NCBI GenBank assembly: GCA_964234715.1
Contig: OZ174281.1
Length of the DNA: 64,000 bases
Source of the DNA: Podarcis melisellensis
Lineage: Eukaryota
Direction: 5' to 3' (one strand)
The notes beneath the pieces were generated by a model. The model saw only the letters and a list, made by a program, of their open reading frames with translations, was not told the origin of the DNA and ran no database searches. Both the position numbers and the translations under genes were made by a program. Each line of letters starts with the position of its first letter. The stretch's first letter is position 1. Shown piece by piece: positions 12,786 to 24,524 of the stretch.

Positions 12786-15289
12786 TATATTGTTTTACAC
12801 CTGTGTGCATAATAATAGTTCATAATAAAAATGTTCATGTCCCTGGAACATTCACAAGCCACTTGGGGAACCTAAGATGAAGAGTTGCCTTGCTGAATCA
12901 AAGCAAAATCCATCTAGATCAGCATTCTGCTGTTAATATCAGAAAGCAAAGACCTCTGCAAGCTGTCAAGCAAGGCATAGAAATGAAAGGCACCAGCTGT
13001 TCCTTTGAGGTATACTGCCTTCATCTATGTAGGTTCAACCATTTTTCATAAAGCAATCTCATCACATCTTAGGATGCTGAGTTAATTATTAACTTTGTAC
13101 AGAAGTATTTTCTTATGTCAGCCTTGAACTGTATGCAGACCACTTCTTTGAAGACCTTGAATTATGAGATGAGAGGTAGGGGGGAATTCGCTCTCTACCC
13201 ATGCTTTGCATAGTGATAAGAACATAGCCTCAACTGAAGCAATAAAATACATAACCTGTATGCCACAATAAACCTTTAAGGTAGTCATTGTGGGTTTTGC
13301 TGCAACAAACAAAAAACTGCTGACATTCTGGAGTAATTTAGAGAGCAGAACATTTTCTATAGAAGAGATAATAACAAATATATCAGGAATCCACTAGTTT
13401 GCTTTTCATGCCTTTGGTATCATATTCCATTATTCGTTGCAGAGTGGTTTTAATTAAACCAACTTGTGATCTTTCAGATGAAGGGTGGTATACAAATTTT
13501 AACAACAACAGGCCATTCAGTAAATGCTAATTTACCATTGTAGATATAACTTTAGAAATTGGTTGCCCGTAGTCCCTGCCAAAATCTGAGAAGCATTTTA
13601 AAACATGTTCAGTCAGAAAGCATCATCCTGCATTTGTCCACTGTTGCAGCAACTGATGACTCACATTTATCTTAAGATCAACTGAGTAACACCCAAACTT
13701 GGCTGCCAAATGTCTCCTTTTGCCTGCCATTTTTAAGTGGCCCTCCTTTATATCAAAAAGTTGGTTCTGATACAAAATTACACATGTGATTTGATGATTC
13801 AAGAGAAGCCCATAAAAAGAACAAAATGTCTTGTGGCACCTCAAAAACTGAAATTTGTTGCCTGAAAACAACAGAGTCTTTTAAAGCCTAGCAAATTTAT
13901 TACGGCGAAAGTTTTTGTGGGCTAGAGTCCACCATGAAAGCTTATTCCACAATACATATGTTAGCTGCCAAAGAATTCTCTTGTTTTCGTACTATGAAGC
14001 AAATCAATTGATTCAGCTGAGCCAGAACAGAACAGTATGAAACTTGCTGAGAAATTCTAGTACAGCTACTCCAGGCTGAAACTGCCCATTTTAAGTCTTT
14101 TTGGCAGAGTATTGTTAATTTGGGGTCACCAGCAGGGGATCCTGCTCTTCCACTGAATGTTGCCATTTTTTATATCAGATTTGTGTTCTTTAGTACAAAT
14201 GACCTGTTTATGGGCCAGCCTAATACATTTTGGCACCTGAGGCAAACCACAAAATGGCACCCCCTCCCTGCCAGGGAAGAAGGGGTGAGTGAATATCTAC
14301 ACCAGGAACAAGGAAGGAATAAAGATCTATTTTGGGATCTGCTGCCCCTTTAGAACCTGCCACCTGAGGCTGTTGCCTCTCCTTGTCTGATCCAGGCCTA
14401 TTCAGACAAAGGCGTTGTTGGTAATGGTGTTTTATGGGCAGGTGAATGAACTCTGATGGCCTGGCTGGTGTTATTAGGTCCTGTCTCCTGCTTGAAACCT
14501 TATTTGATAATGATAATTATTATTTATACCCCGCCCATCTGGCTGGGTTTCCCCAGACACTCTGGGCAGCTTCCAACAAAATATTAAAAATATTTTATCA
14601 CTGCCTCTCCTTTCTCAGTCAATTTCCCTAGCTTACAGATGACTTAGTCCTAACAGATGACAAATATTATCTTTAGCAGAGTCAATCCATTCAAATGAGT
14701 CTTATGCCTCTTTACAATTCCTATAATCCAATTTTAAAAAGGCAGAATCACATTTCAATATTACTATTTTTAAACAGATGCAATGTGCAGAAAGGAGTAG
14801 TAGACATTGATCAGTCTGTAAGATCTTCTTGATCACAAGGGGATGGATGCTGGATGCACACATACTAAAAAAAAAAATGGAGATAGGTGCTGCTTCTAAG
14901 TATTTGTCCCACCTTTGTGGAGGAGACGCTTTCTGGGTGTGGAAAATAGTAACATGCAATATCATATCCCATTTATAGCATGCTTTGATCCAGTATCTTC
15001 CCTCCATCACCCTTGATAGCCAGTATTCTTGCAAAACTCCATCACTGATCATAACACTTTAAATTCCGTGTTATACAGTTTCACCTGTGTTACAGAATGT
15101 AAGTACCCAGCGTGCCATATACACCATGTTGGAAAAATGAGGGCAGACCTTTGTTACAATTTCAAAAAATCACAAATGAGTAGTCGCGCACACACAAGCC
15201 TTGAAAAACCTGTTGCCACCTGCTTAAACGAGCACAGCCTTTCAGATTTGGAAATATAGCCAAAAGGAAAACAAACAAAACTCATGTAC

Positions 15290-15455
15290 TACTCATATTA
15301 CATCTGAAGAACTGTGCCCAGCCCTGGACATCACATATTCAGAAGAATATAGATAAACTGGAACAGGTTCAGAGGAGGGCAGCGTAGATATGGTCCATAG
15401 TATAAAAGGCAAACCCTATGACTGGGTATGTTTAGCCTGAAGAAGAGAAGAATGT
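15290..15455 (+). mobile_element. Degenerate CR1 ORF2 fragment, followed by (AC)n at 15468-15500
   Basis: Similar to the reverse complement of 10870-11020 (…ATAAACTGGAACAGGTTCAGAGGAGGGC…TTTAGCCTGAAGAAGAGAAG). Confidence 0.6.
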
Positions 15456-15465
15456 GATAGTATTC

Positions 15466-15503
<38 letters not shown>

Positions 15504-16080
15504 GCAACAAATAAGACAAGGTATTTAAAATCAACACAAAGTAAAACTGATTTGTAGCTAAATATTAAGTTGGTTGCGCTTGTAATAAAGTCTAGGAACA
15601 CTATGCTAAACCCAGAACTGCAGTATAACATATGATCAGTAGAGGGCAGACATAACCCAACAAATCTGTACCAAAGAAGAAATTACATTATTGCAATAGA
15701 ATGATTGTCCTGTTACCTTTCAAGAATAAAGGGACAATTCTGACATTGTTAAATGTCTTCTTGGGTCCATTACCCTCAAATCTAAAGGAAAGTTCAAGCC
15801 TACCAGGTTCCATAAAAATATCTCACTTTATGGAAACATCCATACCTTATAGGTGCAGAAGACTACTGTATATTCTATGCCAAGATTCCACCTTTTGCTT
15901 ATATTGTTCATCAGGGTTCCTCCCCCCTAAAAAAGAAGCATCTTAACTAAGCAGTTTTCGAAATGTAGGTGAAATCTGGGTGCCACCAAGCTGCTTTTCT
16001 TCACTCTGAACAAACAGGTTAGAAAACGGAAATATTACAGCCTTGCAGTCTATGTCTTAAAATGTATCTGTGATTCTCAC

Positions 16081-18522
16081 CTGTACACTGTTATCAGGGA
16101 TGAGATTTTCACCCAGAGATTCATTCCCAATTCCAGAATCATCCTTCAGAATGGGATCATCTGTGGCCACTGAGGGGTTTGGTTTCAGAAAGGCAAACTC
16201 ATTCCGGTCTGCCTTAGACGCTAAGCATACTTCATATGAATAGGGCAATGTCAATGTCCCATTATTGTAATTGCAGGAAAATTTGTGTCCCAAGCTAGAG
16301 TACAAGTCAGTATTGTAGGATCCAAGCACTGTTTGGCTTCTCTGTCTCCGACATTTAAGTATTAAAACTGTTAAGACTGTAAAAAGGAATAAGAATGAGA
16401 CCAAAGCCAAGGCTATAACTAAAATGGCATTCATATCAGACTGATACTTAGAGTCAGTGGCTGGTTTGCTCATTTCCGGAAGTGCCTCTTGGAAGTTCTC
16501 AGCAACCACAAGGTTGAGGACCACAGTAGCTGAGCGTGGAGCCTTCCCATTGTCCTTCACCAAGATGACCAGCTTCTGTTTCACAGCATCTTTCTCCAGA
16601 AGGGCTCGTGACGTCCTGATCTCTCCTGTGTGGGTCCCAATGGTGAAGAGGGCCGGTTCTGTGGCCTGAAGCACTTGGTAGGAGAGCCAGGCATTGTGCC
16701 CAGAGTCAGCGTCCACAGCCACCACTTTGGTCACTAGGTAGCCTGGCTCTGCTGAATGAGGAACCATCTCAAACAAGGCAGAGCCCTCAGCACCCGGGAC
16801 AGGATACAGAACCCGAGGGCTGTTATCGTTCTGATCTAAAATGTACACCCACACAGTGGCGTTGTTGCTGAGAGAGGGAGAGCCGCCATCTTGGGCCTTC
16901 ACTTGGATCTTAAACTCCCTGAATTGCTCATAGTCAAAGGAGCGCTGTGCATAGATAGTTCCCGTCTCAGAGTTGATGGAGACGTAAGAGGAGAGAGGCA
17001 GCTCCTCCATGTTGCTGTTGAGGATGGAGTAAGTGATACGTGAGTTGCGGTCCAGATCCGGGTCCGAGGCTTTGATGGCGAAAATGGAGGCACCTGAGGG
17101 ATTGTTTTCTGGCACAAAGACACTGTAGGTTGATTTTTCAAAGGCAGGGGGGTTGTCATTGATATCTGAAATCTGCAGGGAGATGGTTTTGTTGGAGGAG
17201 AGAGGGGGGCTACCTTTGTCGGTGGCCGTGATTGTGATGTTGTATCCTGAGGCTTTTTCTCTGTCTAGGGGACTCTCTGTAAGTAGCTTGTAGTAAGTGT
17301 TAGATGAAGAAAGAATTTTAAAAGGCAAATTATGTTGTATGTGGCAAGTAACCTTCCCATTTTCTCCTTCATCTCTATCATCCACATTGATCAAAGCTAT
17401 CACAGTTCCTGGTAGGGAGTCTTCGGGAACTGGACTAAACATAGATGTTAGCAAAATCTCTGGAGCATTGTCATTCTCATCCAGAACATCAATCTCGACT
17501 TTACAATGTGCCAGTAGTCCACCACCATCTTTGGCTTCCACTAACATCATATAGCTTCTGGATTCTTCGAAGTCTAAAGTCTCCCTAACTAGAATTGCTC
17601 CACTTTCAGGATCCAGGCTGAATTTCTGGCTTGTTTTAGGTGGGATATTGCTAAAACTGTATCTTATCTGAGCATAAGGACCTTCATCAGCATCTGCGGC
17701 TTTCACCTGGATCACTAGCGATCCTTTTGGTGCACTCTCTTTTAGGCTGAGTTTATAGACTTCCTCATAGAAAACAGGTGGGTTGTCATTTGCATCAGTG
17801 ACATTAATCCATATCTGGGCTGTTCCAGTTTTTCTTGGTTCTCCACCATCCAGGCCTGTAAGGATCAAGTGGAGGCTGTTCTCACTTTCCCGATCCAGAG
17901 GTTTGCTTTGCACTAAAATAGGGTATTTATTTCCATCTGGACTTTCTTTAACTTCCAAGGTGAAGTACTGATTACTGCTCAGCTGGTAATTTTGCAGAGA
18001 ATTTATTCCAACATCAGGATCTTCAGCAATTGCAAGGGGGAATACGGCTCCAGTCAAGCTAGATTCACTTATTTCTAGCCTGATATCATCTTTTAAAAAT
18101 TGTGGTGCATTATCATTAATATCCTCTATGGTGATGCTTATATGAAAAACATTTAGAGGGTTTTCAACCACAGTTTCAAAGTTAAGGACACAACGTGGTG
18201 ATTTCCCACAGATTGCTTCTCGATCTATTTGGTCTCTGACATAGAAGTCTCCATGTTCCTCATTCACAGTAAAGAACTGAGCATTAGCTGCAGAAACAAT
18301 ACGGAGCTTCCTCTTCACCAGGTCTCTCTTACTCAGACCCAAATCCTTGGCCAGATTTCCCACAAGAGAACCCTTCTCCCTTTCCTCAGGAATTGAATAC
18401 CAGACCTCTTCCGACATTGTCAGGCAGAACAAAGAGAATAACAAGGAAAGCTGTACTTGCCGCCGGAGTGGCTCCCTGCTCCCTGTGATCTTCAGCCATT
18501 TCCTCGGCTGCTTTGTTTGCAT
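16081..18522 (-). CDS. Protocadherin gamma-B-like variable exon (814 codons), last alternate exon before C3
   Basis: ORF 16057-18627: six cadherin repeats, EC1 CX5C (CGKSPRC), [11 protein letters not shown]6 start, [11 protein letters not shown]. Likely ATG 18522 (MQTKQP); phase-0 donor CAG|GTGAGA at 16081. Confidence 0.93.
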
Positions 18523-18751
18523 CTTTTCTTTTCTGATTCGGGTCTTCAAGTTTCTTTCATGCTGCAAGAAGTTGTTGTCAGGAGCAGGCATCGTTCCATG
18601 ATGCAGTCTCAATGGGGAGGGATCCATTTTTGGTAGGATGCTATATTGTTGTCCCTCAATTCCAGCTCCTTCAGATTTGCAGAACTTAACTCAGTAATTG
18701 TTACAGCACAGGAAAAGTGAATGGACCCCTGATTTCTATCCTTATCCCGTA

Positions 18752-18793
18752 TTGGCCAACAGCGGCACTCTGAGTCTCTGCTGGAAAACTGCA
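18752..18793 (-). promoter_or_regulatory. CSE/CTCF promoter element
   Basis: Minus strand TGCAGTTTTCCAGCAGAGACTCAGAGTGCCGCTGTTGGCCAA. Confidence 0.85.
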
Positions 18794-19850
18794 GGAGCAC
18801 CTACTGGCACAACATGCTGATAAGAGTTCAGTGGCTGACAGGGTAGCAACATTTCTCACGAGATGTGCACAGGTTTATGAAATTATTTGGTTGTGTGTGC
18901 ATTTCACAATTCTCTCTAAGGCAGTATGTGCAAGAGTGAGTACACATATGGTGCATACAGGAAACACTCTGAAGTTATTACCTTAAGTATCATTGGGCTT
19001 TGTATGAACAAAGTTCCCGAGGCAGAGATACAGCACTTGGCACTTAATTGAGAAGGTTTCCTTCACAATAGCCCCCCACAGCAAAACCTTATATTGTTCA
19101 GAAGGTCTAAAGGTCTAAAGGCAATGCCCATAGTACCAGCTTTTGTGCCAGACTGCCAACCTCTTGCTCCCCACCCCCTAGAATTTCTGAATCCACAATA
19201 CTTCCATTTCATAGGACAGGAATGGGCAGACATCAAGTTAATCTATCAGTCAGAACCAGGTGCAAAAGACATAGGGTTGTAGTCAACTAAGTCCTGCTCT
19301 GAGGTAGACTCAGTGACATAAGTGAACCTAAGTTAGTCATGTCCATCAACTTCAACAGGTCTGAGTAGGACTAGCATTGAGTACCACCCATAGAATTAAA
19401 GAACAGGCTTCTTCTGAGCACATTCTGAGCCAAGGAATATGTTTTCAGTACCAGAACAGAACTGTTCCACAATCATTCTACACAAAAGTTCACTCCTGGT
19501 TAGTTTTCCTCATTTCAGCAGCCTAATTTAGGTGAAAAAAGTTTTTTGTTATTGTTAAGCTGGGAGCCAGAAACCCTTGCCATTCTGCTGAAAATCACCC
19601 AAAGATCTATCAGTGGATCCTGACCCACCACCTGCCCATCTCTGTCTATGATACTGCATGCGATACTTCTGCAATAATTGCAACAATTTTGTTTTTTAGT
19701 CTTATATCCTATTCAGTCTACAGAGACTGATGATAGGCAAGAATGTTATATAAACAGACAAGTTGCAAACGATAATTGTAGTCATGATGACAAAATCACA
19801 GAGTTTGAAATATGTTCCTAAAATCAGTATGGGCCATACAGGAAGTATAT

Positions 19851-21360
19851 GTCTGAGTCCACATCCATGGCCACCACCTTAGTGACCAGGTAGGTAGCCT
19901 GGCTCAGAGGAGTGAGGGGCCAGCTCTATCCCTGTGGAACCATCAATGGGAGGGGAGGGGTACAGGATTTGGGGAGCATTGTCATTTTGGTCCAGGATTA
20001 AGAGAGTCACTGAGACCTTGGAGCTGAGTGGTGGAGAGCCTCCATCCTTCCATGGAACTTAATCTCCTGGAACTTTTCATAAATGAAAGAACATCAGGCA
20101 TAAATAACCCCACACAGAATTAATAGAGTTATATAGACAAATTACTGATCTCATTTTTAATAAGTTATTCTCAGCCTGGATAAGTTGTTCTTCATGGACC
20201 TCACAACCCTGCCCCAAGACTGGACAGCTGATATCCTGGCTGGTTCTCAGAATCTTCCTCATCTCATTGGGGGCCACAGGCTCAGAGAAGAAGGTGAACC
20301 AGGCAGGAACATAAGAGTTGCCACAGTGCCTGGCTAGCTGCTGCAGAGGCTACTCATGAGAAGGAATCAAATGGAAACAAGTCCTGACTGAGATCCTGGA
20401 AGAGGTGGATCCTCTAGCTCCTGTATAAGTTTCCAGTCTAAGTTCCTTCACTGCTGAAGCAACAGGTCCCATCTCCTCTTCAGTCTGCCTGACGCACAGA
20501 AACAGCCACCACCTGGCACCAAACTGTAATGATTGCTGATCAATTTCTTCAGTCTGAAAGGGAGACTGTCAGAACTAAACACAGGATTTCTCCATGGATT
20601 CTTTAATCCTGATTTTGCATGTTTAGGAGGGCTTCTGTTGTCATCTTGAGAGAGATTTCTTTGGGGGGTTTTCTTTGGCAGTACAATATGTGAGGATATG
20701 GCTAATTAAAGAGCATAGCCATACACAGGTAACAAGGATAACAAATATTAACAATCTCCATATTGAGCCTGGACTCACTGAATAATGGAGGCTTGTTTAA
20801 AGCCCAAGGCACTGTCATTGCATCAAGAAATGTGACTCAGGTTTTTGAAGTACCAGACCTTTCTGACTCTCCTCCTTAATATACTGTGAGGAGCAGATGG
20901 TGAGCAGCTTCCTCTCTGTGGTTAAGAATTCTTTCTACCACCAGTTCAACATATCTGGCACCTCCAGCTGCTATTTTCATGTCCAGGAAAAAATTATTCT
21001 TTTAGCTGATTTTGTAGTTCTAGAGAGAATTGGTTTCCAAATCAGTATTTTGTGCCTTATAGATGGCAAATTGGAGTTCTCTTGCTTTATTCTCACCAAC
21101 TTTTGTTTCTGGTTCTTCTGATGGGAACCTGGGCGAATTTTCATTAATAGCTATCATTTCAATTTCCACTCCATAAATTTCCATTGAATCCTCCATATAT
21201 AATCACAAAATTCATGACACACTTCTCTACATGGCCACAAATTCCTCTCCATATATTTGTTCTGTGGTGTGTAAATGACTAGCTTCAGAGTAAAATACTG
21301 AGACCTATATTGTGAAAACAATGTACACCTCTCTGAAAGATCTCTTATATCCAGTCTCAT
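19851..21360 (-). pseudogene. Decayed protocadherin gamma-A-like exon (EC1 to start of EC6; stops, frameshifts, deletions)
   Basis: Minus-strand fragments collinear with the 37-kb gamma-A gene: LDIRDLSER..SQYFTL..ICGHVEKCVMNF..EDSMEIYGVEIE (EC1); NSL*NYKIS*..RYVELVVER..HHLLLTVY*GG (EC2); ALLNMQNQD*..LPFRLKKLISNHYSLV (EC4); [55 protein letters not shown] (EC5/6). Confidence 0.85.
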
Positions 21361-22998
21361 CTCATTTGTGCAGAAGAAGCATGCACTCTGCTACTGAAGC
21401 CATAGTTCTCCCTTTAATTACTGTTAGAGCTGACCATGATTTGGCCACAAAACCATTTTAAAGAGCCCCAGAATACGAGGAAAGCACTTTTGAGTATGTG
21501 TAGACTGCCTGTCTTTTATTGCTAAGTCACCGCAATAAACTTTCACGTGTCTGATGTTGGTGGGAAGTATAACAGGGCACAAGTAAAGTTGGGTTCCAAA
21601 ATATTGGTTGGGGTGATGCAATACTTCCTGATTTCTTATAACAGCTGATTGTCTCCCACACCCTATTACAAACCATTCTTGAAACTCAGTTTTTATTAGC
21701 TTCAAAAGCCCCATCCATTATGGCATGGGGACTGCAGGTGAACAAAAACACGCCCCACAAATGCTTTCTGATTCACAGAAAGAGTCTTCTCTGGATCCTG
21801 GCCCAAGCCTTTCATGAAGCAGAAAACATTGGCACGATCTGAACTATTTTGGGGAAAATGTTTTACAGTTGTAAAATATATGCAAAATTTGTAGTACACA
21901 AAGAGTTCTAAAATATGAACAGATTATTTTAAACAGATTTTACGCAAGTGCAGCATTGAAAATGTCTCCTGATACTACCCTCTTCAGAGATCCCTATTTC
22001 TATGTGGAGGTTTGTGGCCAACATCAGTATACTATTAATTAGCAAGAAGAGATCACTTCCCTATCTCCTGACAGCTAAAAAAATAGTAACTTTTTAAAAA
22101 GCAAAGCTAATCAAGTAAAATTGCTACCTTATTTAATGAAAGTGGATATAACAAACACGCTTCTCAGATTGTTATGAGCTCCTCTTAGAATGGTAGTACT
22201 TCACTACTTCATTCTGCTAAGCATAATTACATCTCAGGAAGTCCAATAGATTTTAGTGACGCATACTTCCAAGTACATATGATCATGAGAGCAGCCAATG
22301 AAAATCAAAGTTATTACTAGGAAACAAACCTAAACAGAAACAATGATAAAGTAAATGATTCACAGTGAGCTCAGTGGTCTAGATAAAGGAAAATGAGTCA
22401 TTTCAGCAAGAGATGCCCACCTCACTGCCTCTTTCTATGGCTGTTCACTGATTATTCCTTCATGTGTAGAATTCATGCACATTCCCCAATGTTTGTGCTG
22501 TCTCTGGCCCTGTCCAACATCTGCATATTCAGTGGAGCATTGGGGAGAAGAACCTACACGTTTACAGCTATATGTGCATAGGTTTTAACCTGGCTTGGGT
22601 GTTATGACTGAACAAGGAATTGCAGTATTGTAAGGGTGCTGCATTATCAGGGTTCTCAACTGTGAGGAGGCTTCTAAGAGCTCAGTGCAGTGGATGGAGT
22701 CAGCTGACTGCAGGGCTGGCAAAAAGGACCCCATGCCTTACTTGTGTTACGATTCTTTTCAGGTATAATAAAAAAACCTCTTTGTACTCAGTTTCTGTTG
22801 CATGGATTCAGCCTCTCCTGCACTGAAGGCATTATGCCACACCCTGGGCATCTCTTTTGTGTTATATCACATCTCCATGGCAGCCACTTTGTGTCAAGAC
22901 ACGCCCCTATAGCAGCCATTTCTGGCTGGTGACCACAACACTCTCTCCAAATTCCAAATGTGCTTACTGGACAAAAAAGGCTGGCTACTCTGCTTTAT

Positions 22999-23350
22999 GG
23001 GACACGGGTGGCGCTGTGGGTTAAACCACAGAGCCTAGGACTTGCTGATCAGAAGGTCGGTGGTTCGAATCCCCATAACGGGGTGAGCTCCCGTTGCTCG
23101 GTCCCTGCTCCTGCCAACCTAGCAGTTTGAAAGCACGTCAAAGTGCAAGTAGATAAATAGGTACCGCTCCAGTGGGAAGGCAAATGGCGTTTCCGTGCGC
23201 TGCTCTGGTTCTCCAGAAGCGGCTTAGTCATGCTGGCCACATGACCCGGAAGCTGTACGCCGGCTCCTTTGGCCAATAAAGCAAGATGAGCGCCGCAACC
23301 CCAGAGTTGGCCACGACTGGACCTAACGGTCAGGGGTCCCTATACCTTTT
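22999..23350 (+). mobile_element. Sauria SINE (tRNA-derived head), full length
   Basis: GGGACACGGGTGGCGCTGTGGGTT head, B box GGTTCGAATCC, ACCTTT-type tail; ~13-bp TSD TACT(C/T)TGCTTTAT. Confidence 0.9.
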
Positions 23351-24524
23351 TACTTTGCTTTATATTCACTATGCAAGAAAGGTCATTATTTGATTTGAGC
23401 ATTATCAGTTTGGACATTGTCCTGTGCAAATGTCAGAAAAAGTGAATGCATTACATATCTCTATCTCTATCTCTATCTCTAATCATCTATATCATTTGTA
23501 TCCATATCTATATCTGTATCATTCTGCAAATTCATCTTGGATGAATGGCAGATTTTTTAAAAAAAACTATGTTTATTCTAAGATAGGTTTCCTTTCATTT
23601 GGAGCTCAAAGGTCAAACCTTCCTCAGGTGAAGTACAAAATGCAACATGAAAGAATCCCAGGCTCACGAGTTTTTTAATCCATTCCCATAAAAGGTCACT
23701 GGAATTCCTCGAACATACTGGTGGAAATGAAGTTACCTTTTCTCTTATGAAGGTTTTATTCCATATTCTGATTGTAAAACATGCCACAGGAAATGTGAAC
23801 ATGGATGGCTCTCATGCTAAACAGCATATTTCATAGTCTGTAAGTTCTTTTCTAGGTGATGTGACCCCAGCACACATATGATCCACACAATATCTGTTGT
23901 TGACACATGAACAGCCCAGACTATTCTCAGTCACAGCCACGTGTAGAAATGTGTGTGAACCAGCAATACATGCAACCAAACAAAATGTCCATGATATGGG
24001 AATGTCACAAAATGCTGATTTCTATATTTGTGTATTACTAGTTCACAACATGTAGTTATATTATCCATGTTATCATGGGTGCCTTTGTTGTCAAGCTTCT
24101 GCTAGGATGGCATATGTGTGGGAGAATGCTATTCTATTAGATGCTATTAATTTTCAGGGATAGAAAACCATATGGATAGAATTAATCTACTCAACAGATT
24201 GGTAAAAACCAAGAGAAATTATTCAATCTATAGCTACACTGATATAGCCAGATCACAACAAAATCAGAAAAAGAAGATGCTCAGCTTAGTTTAGGAATGA
24301 CTCACTTGTAAGAGTGCCAAGAATCCAAGTACCAGTTGGATGTGCTAAGTAAGCATGTCCAGAATGCCTCAGTGGCATGCCATTCAGGCAGGTCTAAGTA
24401 CTGGTTCTTCCCATATAAAGCATCAGACACTTGAGCACATAATGATCTAAAAACAGTAGCTAATAATACCTATGAGGAAGAAAGATGTAGTGCCTACATC
24501 ACAGATTCTGAAAGCAAAGCTTAC

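Noticed and set aside
18523-18627. 35-aa N-terminal extension of the 16-kb exon
   Set aside because: The upstream ATG is only ~125 bp from the CSE; ATG 18522 gives the usual signal-peptide length and CSE distance. Cannot be excluded without TSS data
22015-22055. TGGCCAACATC as a CSE for the gamma-A pseudogene
   Set aside because: No TGCA module at 25/26 nt and too far from the expected start
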